Shown here one piece after another: positions 28,599 to 37,794 of a stretch of 64,000 nucleotides of DNA. Each line of letters starts with the position of its first letter. Position 1 is the first letter of the stretch. The notes under the pieces were generated by a model that had not been told where the DNA came from, made no database searches, and worked only from the letters and a program-made list of their open reading frames with translations. A program made the translations under genes and the position numbers. The DNA lies in assembly GCA_038887515.1 (NCBI GenBank), contig JAWAKK010000001.1, forward strand, positions 541,836 through 605,835, given 5' to 3'. The stretch is from Candidatus Nezhaarchaeales archaeon (GTDB taxonomy: Archaea; Thermoproteota; Methanomethylicia; Nezhaarchaeales; WYZ-LMO8).

Positions 28599-29348
28599 GT
28601 GAAAAGGCTTAAAGTTTATCATTACACAAATCTTTTACTGTTACCGGGTGCAATGGTGAGCTCAATGATTGAATTAGTTGAAAGCTATACGCATGGGCTA
28701 GACGAAGCTCTTGGCGGAGGTCTCCCTAGACCGGGGCTGACCCTAATAGTTGGTCATCCTGGCACTGGAAAAACAACGCTTTCAGCGCAAATACTTTCGA
28801 ATAGGGCTTTGAAAAATGGCGAAAAGGGAGTTTACTTTTCAGTTGTCGAGCCCGTTAAGTTGCTGACGGCCCAGCTTTCACGGCTCGACATTGGGTTTAA
28901 AGATGCTGTGGATAGGGGGCTCATAACCGTAAGGGAAGCAATAGCTATTAGCGGTAGGGACGTTATCGAAGTCGTAAGTAATCAAATAAACGATCTCGTG
29001 TACATGGGTTATAGGAACTTGGTGGTCGACAGCATTAGTGCATTATTGACATTTACAGCAACGGAGCATGCCCGAACACTAGTATCTCTACTGTCAAAGT
29101 ACGCCGTGGAGAGCAATGCCATGGTTATAGCTATAGACGAGTTACCGCTCTTCTCTCAATCTAAGCCGATCTCCGGTTTCGAAGAATTTGTAGCTGACGT
29201 AGTCATAAGGCTGGGCCTCGTGGAGAGGGGTAATAGGTTATTAAACGTGATGAGCATCGTTAAAAATAGGTTCGCAGAACATAGCAAGGTGATGTATGAG
29301 GTGGCTGTTACCCGAAGAGGGTTCGAGGTTATTGGAGTAATGAGATAG
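28599..29348 (+). CDS. KaiC/RecA-superfamily ATPase (single domain)
   Basis: GLDEALGGGLP, GHPGTGKT, VVDSI, EEFVADVVI, KNR; true start probably about 18-23 codons downstream. Confidence 0.88.
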   Translation: MKRLKVYHYTNLLLLPGAMVSSMIELVESYTHGLDEALGGGLPRPGLTLIVGHPGTGKTTLSAQILSNRALKNGEKGVYFSVVEPVKLLTAQLSRLDIGFKDAVDRGLITVREAIAISGRDVIEVVSNQINDLVYMGYRNLVVDSISALLTFTATEHARTLVSLLSKYAVESNAMVIAIDELPLFSQSKPISGFEEFVADVVIRLGLVERGNRLLNVMSIVKNRFAEHSKVMYEVAVTRRGFEVIGVMR

Positions 29349-29362
29349 CTATGGGATACTAG

Positions 29363-30649
29363 ATGCTACGCAGATCCTTGACCTTCGGCCTCATATTGGT
29401 CTGGATGTCTTCAACTGCAACATCTATAGCGATGCCAGCGTTTCTTGGTTATACCACATTAGCTATCAGAATAGATGTACTGTACCTATTATCCGGGTTC
29501 CTCTACTTAACTTTAAATGCACTTATTGTAGTATTTTCAACACTATTTCTCCGAAGGTTTGAATTCAGGTATGCCGAGTGGTATATAATTCCATTAGGTT
29601 TCACCCTTACACTTTACGGCTCCTCTCTTTACGTGGTTTTCTGCTTTTTGAGATACGTCCACGTCGAACTATTTATGTGGTTGTCTTTCGCCATTGGAAT
29701 ATCCTTAGCCTCTATGGGTATGTACGCGTTTGCCCGCATAGTTTACGAAAGGAGACCTATAAGAGCAAGTTTGTTAAGGAAAACATTCATCGTAACTACT
29801 ATAATTTTAATCCTAGTAACTTCATATTCTACGGTAACCTTAGCTTTAAGGGTGCACATTCATACTATGAACCTCAATTCATTCAGCGTAGCTGTACATC
29901 TCGTTAACTTCTTAGTGTCCGTGGGATTCTTCACCATATTATCCTTGCCTAAAGTGCATACTCCACTTCTTTCAAAGTCCCTTGATCTCTTTGCTTGCGG
30001 AATAGTTTCTTTCGGGCTCTTCGGCTTAACGGATGTTTCGTATATGCTGTCGATGGATGTAGGGTCGAAAATCTTAAGCCAAGCCCTTGGGGTGATTGCA
30101 CCATCAATGGTGCTTGCAAGTATAATCCTGACCTTAAGGGTTGAAACGGAGATTTTAGACGTCTGTAGCTTTAGTAGCTCGCGAGGCGTACTGCTTGAGC
30201 TGAATCCGACCGGCAATTGGCTTGAAGAAGTAGTTAATAGCATAAAGAGAGAGCGTGAAGATAGGCTCCTCGTCCTAATAACAAGACCAGCATCGATTCT
30301 AGCCTCCTATACGAAGAGCGACGTGATAGCGTTAACTGATTCCTCTTTTACGTATCCTCAGAGCGCTGGTGCCAGCATTTATAGAGTCTCGCCCGAAGCC
30401 ACGTATATAGTTAACTTCGTCGATAAGATCAAGAGGGAAGTTAAAAAGCCCGTATGCTTAGTCTTCGATAACCTCACGGACGTGATAGTGACGTTGGGTG
30501 TCAAGGAAGGCTACAAGGTTGCACGTGATGTACTTGGCGTCCTAGATTCCCAGGACGTCGCAATCTTCATAGTATTCCCTAAGGCTCACAGCGAGAGCGA
30601 GATAACGCTAATAAGAACTTTATTTGCTCAGAGAATTGAAGTTACTTAG
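29363..30649 (+). CDS. Polytopic membrane sensor with C-terminal DUF835-like (inactive KaiC-like) domain
   Basis: About 8 hydrophobic helices, then LITRP...LVFDNLTDVIVTLG; 14 bp after the KaiC-like gene. Confidence 0.7.
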   Translation: MLRRSLTFGLILVWMSSTATSIAMPAFLGYTTLAIRIDVLYLLSGFLYLTLNALIVVFSTLFLRRFEFRYAEWYIIPLGFTLTLYGSSLYVVFCFLRYVHVELFMWLSFAIGISLASMGMYAFARIVYERRPIRASLLRKTFIVTTIILILVTSYSTVTLALRVHIHTMNLNSFSVAVHLVNFLVSVGFFTILSLPKVHTPLLSKSLDLFACGIVSFGLFGLTDVSYMLSMDVGSKILSQALGVIAPSMVLASIILTLRVETEILDVCSFSSSRGVLLELNPTGNWLEEVVNSIKREREDRLLVLITRPASILASYTKSDVIALTDSSFTYPQSAGASIYRVSPEATYIVNFVDKIKREVKKPVCLVFDNLTDVIVTLGVKEGYKVARDVLGVLDSQDVAIFIVFPKAHSESEITLIRTLFAQRIEVT

Positions 30650-30673
30650 CCTAAAGAATTATGCGTAAGGGGT

Positions 30674-31123
30674 TTGATGGAATTGTCCAGCAGCAATGTT
30701 GGATGCATATTCTGCAAGATCGTTGCAGGTGCTGAGAAGGCAGTAAAGGTCTACGAAGATAATGTATGCATGGCAATCATGGATATAGCACCTGTCAATA
30801 AGGGCCACTTGTTAGTCATACCCAAGAAACATTACGGTACCGTGCTTGAAATGCCCTTCGATGAGGTAGCTCACGTCTTTGGCGTAGCATGTCTCATAGC
30901 TAAAGCCGCTAAGAAGGCTCTCGGGGCTGAAGGAATAAACATTCTTCAAAACAACGGTAGAGCCGCTTGGCAGCATGTATTCCACGTCCACGTGCACGTA
31001 ATACCTAGATGGTCAGGCGACCTTCTGAACTTATACTGGCCTGCGAGACTAAGTAGCTTCAGCGAACTTGAAGATGTAGCGATAAGTATTAGAAGAGAGC
31101 TAGATACCATAGAGGTTAAATAA
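30674..31123 (+). CDS. HIT-family nucleotide hydrolase
   Basis: CIFCKI, GHLLVIPK, HVHVHVIPR triad. Confidence 0.95.
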   Translation: MMELSSSNVGCIFCKIVAGAEKAVKVYEDNVCMAIMDIAPVNKGHLLVIPKKHYGTVLEMPFDEVAHVFGVACLIAKAAKKALGAEGINILQNNGRAAWQHVFHVHVHVIPRWSGDLLNLYWPARLSSFSELEDVAISIRRELDTIEVK

Positions 31124-31181
31124 AAGAGTAATACATTAGTTTTAACCTTAAATATCTAAGCAGTCCCAAATTGTTTACAGT

Positions 31182-32039
31182 CTATAATTCCTGCTTTAGA
31201 ACCACATAGTTTCTCCTAGAGACCTTTTTGACTTCTACGATCCCCTTACTCTTCAAGGAGCTTATCGCTCTAGACAGCGTGCTTTTAGGTAGTGAAAGTT
31301 CCCTTACAATTTCGTCTTGGAAGGCTGTGCCTCCACGACCTTTAAGGTAACTTACGATGGCTGCTTCGACCCCCGACAAGGTCTTCTTACGCCTCTTCAG
31401 AAACGCTATGGCTGAAACAAAGACTATTAAGACCACTACGCCTATCGGTACTAGATTCCATAGATTCCATGACGGTATCTCGGCGATGCTTGGGGGCTTT
31501 GAGGGTATCGAAGCCGGAATGATGTACTCAACTTGGATAGACCCTCTACTGAAGGATAGAGTCATTTTGCCATCTTGAACCCTTAGGGTTTTTGGTGCAA
31601 CATTCAGATTAACTACTTCAGCTTCTTCCGGTAGAGTTAACTCGAAGTCATATGGTGAGGAAATGCTTATACTCCATATTCCACCAGCCATAGAGCATAG
31701 GCTGTAAGTTACGTACTCCACATTGACTTGCTGTGAGCCTAAGGGGTATATGCGTATAGTACTGGGACTTATGTTGTATGGTAGAGGGATGTAGTTTTCG
31801 TCGTAAACTATGACTTGATCGACTTCGGGAGCTCCTATGAGTTCTAGGCACGCCTTCTCGCTTTTAACATCGCTTAACCTCATGGTTACGTGGGCTGCAC
31901 CGTTGGGGTAGACATCTATACGTACTATAGGTTCCGCTTGAGTCGCCTGAGAAGAACATAAATCTACAGTTGAAGAGCATAACGCGAATACCGCTAAGAA
32001 CACAATTATACATTTAACATGTTTAATATTATCCTTCAA
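31182..32039 (-). CDS. Membrane-anchored regulator: signal peptide, extracellular domain, TM helix, C-terminal wHTH
   Basis: TM helix followed by KRRKK, then QDEIVRELSLPKSTLSRAISSL..KGIV. Confidence 0.78.
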   Translation of the reverse strand: MKDNIKHVKCIIVFLAVFALCSSTVDLCSSQATQAEPIVRIDVYPNGAAHVTMRLSDVKSEKACLELIGAPEVDQVIVYDENYIPLPYNISPSTIRIYPLGSQQVNVEYVTYSLCSMAGGIWSISISSPYDFELTLPEEAEVVNLNVAPKTLRVQDGKMTLSFSRGSIQVEYIIPASIPSKPPSIAEIPSWNLWNLVPIGVVVLIVFVSAIAFLKRRKKTLSGVEAAIVSYLKGRGGTAFQDEIVRELSLPKSTLSRAISSLKSKGIVEVKKVSRRNYVVLKQEL

Positions 32040-32151
32040 GTCGTCATCACCTATTTCAAGCTCCCTGTTAAAAGTTAACGTTCACCAATACGTACTTTAG
32101 TTTTTATAGGCTTAACCTTATATTCACTTTCCGTAACAAAAATGAGGAAGA

Positions 32152-32628
32152 TTATGGTTCTTCCTCTTCTTTAAATTCAGGTTCCTCTTCTTCTGGTGTT
32201 TTGTAGAGTTCTGCTTTGTTGAGAGCAACTTCATTCATTATTTCACTCGATACTAGAATCGGCGCCTTAGCTATGAAAGCTAAGGCAACTATGTCGCCAG
32301 TTCTCCCCTCGATCTCCTTTAGACCTTCATTCGTCTCTAAGGTTATCTTGGTCAAGAACCTTGATTCCTCCATGCCTTCAATAACTGCCTTCTTGACTTT
32401 CACGTTTAATTGGTTTAGAATGTCCATTATGAAGCCGTGAGCCGTTTGTATGGCCTCACCGTTGAGCATATACCTGACGCTCATAGCTTGCGCTCCATCC
32501 ATAACCAATAGTAGAACCCTTTCTCGAGAATCTTCGAGAAAAGCTACCGGAAGAGGTCCTTGAGGTGTCGAGGTCATTGCTATCCCAGTTACCTTTACCT
32601 CTACCAAGTGCTCATCAATATCTTTCAT
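32152..32628 (-). CDS. Bifunctional nuclease family (DUF151) protein
   Basis: V.V.GI...P.AFLED...TAH...IE.R.GD.VALA....API.V pattern. Confidence 0.8.
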   Translation of the reverse strand: MKDIDEHLVEVKVTGIAMTSTPQGPLPVAFLEDSRERVLLLVMDGAQAMSVRYMLNGEAIQTAHGFIMDILNQLNVKVKKAVIEGMEESRFLTKITLETNEGLKEIEGRTGDIVALAFIAKAPILVSSEIMNEVALNKAELYKTPEEEEPEFKEEEEP

Positions 32629-32693
32629 TAGCTCTCTTAGGGAGAGCTCGTTACCCTACTACTTAAATTTATCTCAGCATGTTGGTTCAAGCA

Positions 32694-32750
32694 GCCTCAG
32701 AAGCGCTCGGTTTCTCTCATCAATCGAGAAAGCCGGTGGTCATCATCGAC
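32694..32750 (-). ncRNA. Candidate box C/D (K-turn) small RNA
   Basis: Minus strand gtcg-ATGATGA-ccaccggctttc-TCGA-t-TGATGA-gagaaaccgagcgctt-CTGA-ggc; 50 nt from C to D box; intergenic; TTTTTAA about 30 nt upstream. Confidence 0.55.
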
Positions 32751-32841
32751 AGCGACCTCGACAAGCTATCTGTTACGTCTTAAAAAGCGACGATATTACT
32801 TTTATTCTTTACATCAAAGTTGTGGAAGTTCGTTATTCACT

Positions 32842-33603
32842 TTAAGTCGAGGTTCTCTGCCTAAGTGTCTCCCTAACAATCATGACGATTGACGCTAATA
32901 CGTCCCCTAAGTTGGCGTTAACTACTACGTCTGCTACCTCGTCTAATGGTGTTGGCCCTGAATTCATTATCACTAGCTTCGCTCCTCTAAGTTTCGCAAC
33001 TACGGGTAGATAAGTAGCTGGGTAAGTTCGCAACGATGTACCTACAACCAATATTAGGTCGCAATTCTTACACTCGTAAAGGGCCTTCTTTAACGTTCCT
33101 TGCGGTACCTGGTCGTTGAATAGCACCACCTTTGTCTTAAGAAGGTTGCCGCAGTCTCTGCACCTTGGAGGGAAGGTTCCCCCCTCGATGTCTATTATAA
33201 CTTCCTCTATGGGAACAACTTTACCACAGTTCGTGCATAAAGCCTCCCTCACGTTACCATATAGCTCGATAACGTTTCTAGACCCAGCTTTAAGATGGAG
33301 ACCATCGACACTTTGAGTTATTATGGATTTAAGCTTGCCCAGACGTTCAAGCTCGGCCAAGGCGTAGTGAGCTCTAGTTGGCTGGGCATTTAGAGCCACC
33401 CTTATTACCTCAAGCTGAAAGCGCCAGAAAGCGCTTGGATCCTTCTTAAGGGAATCGGGACCTACTAGTCTCCATAATCCTTGAGAGGGCTCGAAGTGAG
33501 GATATTTGTTCTCACTCGATATACAGTCACCGGTCAATGCTACGACTTTTCTTGAGTCCAATATAACTTTTGCAACGTCTTGAATGTATTCTGCTAGCGT
33601 CAA
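32842..33603 (-). CDS. Sir2/CobB-family protein with degenerate catalytic motifs
   Basis: Sirtuin fold motifs (ITQSVDGLH..AGS, CxxC/CxxC, VGTSL..YPA), but GAGIS>GDCIS, QN>QS and ELHG>ELYG. Confidence 0.85.
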   Translation of the reverse strand: MTLAEYIQDVAKVILDSRKVVALTGDCISSENKYPHFEPSQGLWRLVGPDSLKKDPSAFWRFQLEVIRVALNAQPTRAHYALAELERLGKLKSIITQSVDGLHLKAGSRNVIELYGNVREALCTNCGKVVPIEEVIIDIEGGTFPPRCRDCGNLLKTKVVLFNDQVPQGTLKKALYECKNCDLILVVGTSLRTYPATYLPVVAKLRGAKLVIMNSGPTPLDEVADVVVNANLGDVLASIVMIVRETLRQRTST

Positions 33604-33672
33604 ACCAGTTTCTCCTCAATAACTGAGCCCTGAGAAGCTTTAACTTATCTCCTCTGCACTATTCACGAAGTT

Positions 33673-34080
33673 GTGGAGCCAGTAGTCTACGTCGATTGTA
33701 GAGTTGATGGAAAGCTATGCGGTAAGTGCTGTTATAACACTATGATGCCCCTAACTAAGAGAGATATTGAGAGGATTAAAGGCCTAGGCTTTAGGGAAGA
33801 GTACTTTGTTGATAGGCGCCGCCGCATCCCAAGGCTTAAAAACATAGAGGGGCACTGCGTCTTCCTCGATACTAGCACAAATACCTGCATCATCTACCCT
33901 GATAGACCTGAAGGTTGCCGCTTATACCCGTTAGTTTACGATGAAGAAAGCGACGCAGTCTTAGTAGATCCCTTATGCCCAAGGTCCCACTTAATACCAC
34001 AAAGACGCATAAGGGAACTCAGTAGCGCTCTCCTAAGCTTAATAGACGTGCTGATCAGGGAAAATATGAGCAAAGCGTAG
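33673..34080 (+). CDS. YkgJ-family (CxxCxxCC) cysteine-cluster protein
   Basis: CGKCC, CVFLD, C.IY..RP.GCRLYP. Confidence 0.88.
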   Translation: MEPVVYVDCRVDGKLCGKCCYNTMMPLTKRDIERIKGLGFREEYFVDRRRRIPRLKNIEGHCVFLDTSTNTCIIYPDRPEGCRLYPLVYDEESDAVLVDPLCPRSHLIPQRRIRELSSALLSLIDVLIRENMSKA

Positions 34081-34203
34081 GTTACCAGACGTTCTCAGGA
34101 TTACGGTATTGATCTCTAAACCTCAAAGACGTTTGAAGCTAATTTCAGCCGTTAACGATACAAAAAAAGTGGAAAGATTAATGTAGTGCTTTATTTTTAA
34201 ATA

Positions 34204-35133
34204 TCATTTCTTTTCAACTAATGCTATCAGCCTAACTATTGAGCCGTCTCCTCCGGCCCATCTAAGCGGAAGCCCTATCAAGATGCACCTCTTGCCAGTC
34301 ACCTTGTCTATGTCTCCTCCGACGTTCTCATAACCCATGACTCCGTTGGTTAGTAGGATTCTGTGGCAGGGCTCCCAGTATGGGAAGTCCTCTCTAGGAT
34401 CGCGGCCGAACGTCTTCTTGTATTCCTCAACTAGCCACGGAACTACTATGTTCCTCTCGTCAAGCGTTCCAGGACCTTGAGACCATATTTCCCTCGTGTA
34501 CAGCGGGTGATCGAGTGCTTGTGTATCTAGGCCTACAGCCTTCACCCCTCTCTTAACCAACCACCATGCAGCTTCGATGGATAAGCCAGGTGAATAGCAG
34601 AAGTACTTTACGGTGTCGCCCCAGTACTTGTGCCAGCCAGTGTTTATTATTACCATATCGCCGGGCTCTATCGATGGCTCGGCCTTCTCTAGTTCTTCAA
34701 CAGTTATGAACTCCCACTTGCCCTTAGGTATCGATACAACCACACCTTCACCCATGTACCTTTCGACAGGGATTTGATCGGTTGTAGGGAAGCCCTCCTC
34801 GACGTGGACTGGTGAATCTGCATGGGTCGTTACGTGCATGACTGTCGTAATCCTTTGAGTTAATACGCGTGACTTGCTGTGGTAGTGGATTCTATCGAAG
34901 TGGACGTCCTCGAAGTACGGCCAGAGCGGGGCATGGAAGCCGAAGGGCCATGAGAGGTCGTATACCTCGAATTCTCGGCCGAGTAGCCTTAATGGTGGCT
35001 TCTTAAGTATGTCTTCTGGTTTGCCTATCCACTTTGGATCTAACATTCCATGTATGTAAGGCGTGTCTACGGGAAGGTTCTTGATGTACTTAGGGGATTT
35101 CGGTAGGTCCTTTGGGATTTCGATCTTGCTCAT
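34204..35133 (-). CDS. Cyclase/kynurenine-formamidase-family metallohydrolase; candidate dihydrophloroglucinol cyclohydrolase
   Basis: HVTTHADSPVH (HxxTHxD), INTGWH, DTQALDHP, ENVGG, GDGSIVR; specific function inferred from context. Confidence 0.85.
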   Translation of the reverse strand: MSKIEIPKDLPKSPKYIKNLPVDTPYIHGMLDPKWIGKPEDILKKPPLRLLGREFEVYDLSWPFGFHAPLWPYFEDVHFDRIHYHSKSRVLTQRITTVMHVTTHADSPVHVEEGFPTTDQIPVERYMGEGVVVSIPKGKWEFITVEELEKAEPSIEPGDMVIINTGWHKYWGDTVKYFCYSPGLSIEAAWWLVKRGVKAVGLDTQALDHPLYTREIWSQGPGTLDERNIVVPWLVEEYKKTFGRDPREDFPYWEPCHRILLTNGVMGYENVGGDIDKVTGKRCILIGLPLRWAGGDGSIVRLIALVEKK

Positions 35134-35203
35134 AACCTAATCCCCCTCGACCCTCTACGAGGTACTTCCATATTTAAGTTTTAAGCGGCATTTAACTTCA
35201 ACA

Positions 35204-36088
35204 TTAAGCCCAGACGGTTACTCCTCCGTCCACCAGCAGGACTTGTCCAGTTACAAAGTTCGAAGCATCGGAAGCGAAGAATATTATAGCGCCGACGACG
35301 TCGTCGGGAACTGCCCATCTGCCAAGCAGTATGCGTGACTTCATAGTCTGAGATAACTGCGGGTTCTTCGGTATATGTGCTGTGAGCGGGGTCAGCACGA
35401 CCGTAGGCGCTACGGCATTTACTTGGATATTGTACTTGGCCCACTCGGTGGCTAGCTGCCTCGTTAAACCCACGACCGCCGCCTTACTGGTGCAGTAGGC
35501 CACGTAGTTGCCCGGTAGACCAAAGAATGACCTCACGGAGGCTATGTTAATTATCTTGCCCCTCCTCTGCTTTATCATTACCTTGCCTACTTCTCTACAA
35601 GTCAAGAATACTCCCGTAACGTTAGTTTCTATGACTGAGTGCCAGTTGTTGAGTGGATACTCCTCGGCTGGATTTGATGGTATATTTATTCCCGCAAACG
35701 TAATCAGTACATCTATTCTACCGTAAGCGTCCACGACTTGTTGGGCCAATCTCTTAACATCGTCCTCCTTAGTTACGTCAGCCTGAACCGTAGTAGCTTC
35801 TCCTCCAACCTCTCTTACCATGTCTATAGTTTCCTTCAGTTTCTCCAAGTTTCTGCCCACTAGAACTACCTTAGCTCCAAAGTCTGTTAGGGCGAGAGCT
35901 GTAGGTGTACCAAGACCTCCAGCGCCCCCAGTTATAACTGCAACTTTACCCGTCAAGTCGAATAGCTTCTTGTAATACAATTGCTTCTTTTTGACTCTCT
36001 CGGCCAAGAATTGTTGGTAGGCTTCGTACGACTCAGATATCTTAAACCAGTCGACCTTACTCCAACTAAATTCCTCCGCCAAAGCCAT
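35204..36088 (-). CDS. Short-chain dehydrogenase/reductase; candidate phloroglucinol reductase
   Basis: TGGAGGLG, GRN (NADP-type), SVRS..G...Y..YCTSK, NAVAPTV. Confidence 0.85.
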   Translation of the reverse strand: MALAEEFSWSKVDWFKISESYEAYQQFLAERVKKKQLYYKKLFDLTGKVAVITGGAGGLGTPTALALTDFGAKVVLVGRNLEKLKETIDMVREVGGEATTVQADVTKEDDVKRLAQQVVDAYGRIDVLITFAGINIPSNPAEEYPLNNWHSVIETNVTGVFLTCREVGKVMIKQRRGKIINIASVRSFFGLPGNYVAYCTSKAAVVGLTRQLATEWAKYNIQVNAVAPTVVLTPLTAHIPKNPQLSQTMKSRILLGRWAVPDDVVGAIIFFASDASNFVTGQVLLVDGGVTVWA

Positions 36089-36094
36089 ACACCT

Positions 36095-36451
36095 CTAGTC
36101 GGGGTAACTTACTACTACTAGCATTGAGGCCGGCATATTGGTCTCATTAATTATCCTCCGCTTAACGCCGGAGGGAATGTATATTGAGTCCATAGGACCC
36201 AGCGTGTATTTATTGCCCTCCTCATCGATGACTGTTATCGCCCCCGAAAGGACGAAGTAAACCCGTTCAGGTCCTGAATCCATTTCAGCGCCGCCGCCTG
36301 GCAGGAAGTGGGAAAGCCCTACCCAGAACTTTTGGGTGCCAGTAGTATCTCTACTGTGGAGTCTCAAAGCAACCATGTTGAAGTGCTTTGGTGCCTCGTA
36401 TGGCTTTACGTCCTTTAACTCCACCTTCTTAATCTTGCTCATTAATATCAC
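36095..36451 (-). CDS. Cupin-domain protein
   Basis: SHFLPGGGAE...ERVYFVLSG...DSIYIP; first gene of the cupin-SDR-cyclase operon. Confidence 0.85.
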   Translation of the reverse strand: MILMSKIKKVELKDVKPYEAPKHFNMVALRLHSRDTTGTQKFWVGLSHFLPGGGAEMDSGPERVYFVLSGAITVIDEEGNKYTLGPMDSIYIPSGVKRRIINETNMPASMLVVVSYPD

Positions 36452-36731
36452 CCTTCTTCAAGTTAAAGGGGTCCCCTAGAATTTTTAAGTTTTATTTTCC
36501 TCGATAGCTGCGCGCGGAAGACTTTCCATGGTAGGTTTAAGGCCGTAGGCAAAGTCTCCGCGTAAGTATTGAATGTTAGATGCTCAGTAAAGTGGAGATC
36601 ACGCCTTGTAAGTGTACTTTCATCGGGTATGCCAAGGTCCTTAGCTAGTACGCAAAGAAAGGCAATAGAATAATAGGAGAAATTTTTTAACTCTTCACGA
36701 CTTCAAAGGTGTAGCAATTGAGCTAAAAGGG

Positions 36732-37790
36732 GTGGCAAAATTGCCGTTTCATGGCGAATATAAAGACTTAGAGGTAATTGATGAAGGTCAAGGAGAACTT
36801 CTAAACTGGATGGATCCAGAGGACTTTCGGGAGTGGGTGCGCAAAAACAAAGATACGTCGCTTGTCGAAAAAGTCATGGACCCCAAGGAGGCCGTAAAAA
36901 AATTCATCAATGATGGTACTTACATAGCCTTAGGAGGATTCGGCCAAGTTCGAGTACCAATGGCCTTAATATACGAAATTATCAGGCAGGGCAAGAGAAA
37001 CCTAGTAGCTTCAGGGAAGACGTCAACCCACGATCTCGATGTACTGATAGCGGCTGGATGCGTCAGTAAAGTGGAGGCCTCATATCTTTCAGCCGGCCAC
37101 GAGCTAAGAGGGCTCTCGCCCGCAACTCGTAGAGCTGTTGAAAGCGGCCGCGTTAAGGTTGCAGCTGAATGGAGCAATGCAGCTCTTCAGTGGAGGTTTA
37201 AGGCTGCTGCTAACGGGTTACCGTGGATACCATCCTTTATACTCATGGGAACCGACACCTTTAGGCGAAGCGCTGCGAAAATAGTTAGGGATCCATTCAC
37301 CAAAAGGGCCATATGTTTAATACCTGCATGCTTCCCTGACGTTGCCATCATCCACGTACATAGATGTGATGTGTACGGTAACAGCCAGATAGACGGCATA
37401 ACAATCATGGACTGCGAGCTCGCTAGGGCTGCGAAGAGGGTTATTATAACGACTGAGAAGATAATACCTCACGAGAAGATACGCGAAGAGCCATGGCGTA
37501 CAGTAATTCCATTCTTTGTAGTAGATGCAGTCGTCGAAGTGCCGTTCGGTAGCCATCCCTGTAACATGCCGACGCTCTATTACTACGATGAAGAGCAAAT
37601 GGGCGAATACCTAAACCTTACGAGAACTGAGGAGGGCACAAAGGCTTACTTTGAGAAGTATGTCTATAGCGTTTCGGACCATTACGAATATTTGGAGAAG
37701 GTTGGAGGCGTGAAGAAGCTAATGCGATTAATTATGCTTGAACAAGGTAGAATACCGTTTGAGTACCCGTGGGTTGCGGCTAAGAGGTGA
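36732..37790 (+). CDS. gctA: Family I CoA-transferase, glutaconate CoA-transferase-like subunit A
   Basis: ALGGF...PMALIYEIIRQ, PDVAIIHV..CD.YGN, VDAVVEVPFGSHP. Confidence 0.85.
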   Translation: MAKLPFHGEYKDLEVIDEGQGELLNWMDPEDFREWVRKNKDTSLVEKVMDPKEAVKKFINDGTYIALGGFGQVRVPMALIYEIIRQGKRNLVASGKTSTHDLDVLIAAGCVSKVEASYLSAGHELRGLSPATRRAVESGRVKVAAEWSNAALQWRFKAAANGLPWIPSFILMGTDTFRRSAAKIVRDPFTKRAICLIPACFPDVAIIHVHRCDVYGNSQIDGITIMDCELARAAKRVIITTEKIIPHEKIREEPWRTVIPFFVVDAVVEVPFGSHPCNMPTLYYYDEEQMGEYLNLTRTEEGTKAYFEKYVYSVSDHYEYLEKVGGVKKLMRLIMLEQGRIPFEYPWVAAKR

Positions 37791-37794
37791 TGGT

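Noticed and set aside
28599-29348. Circadian clock KaiC
   Set aside because: Single domain with no kaiA/kaiB; typical archaeal KaiC-like ATPase.
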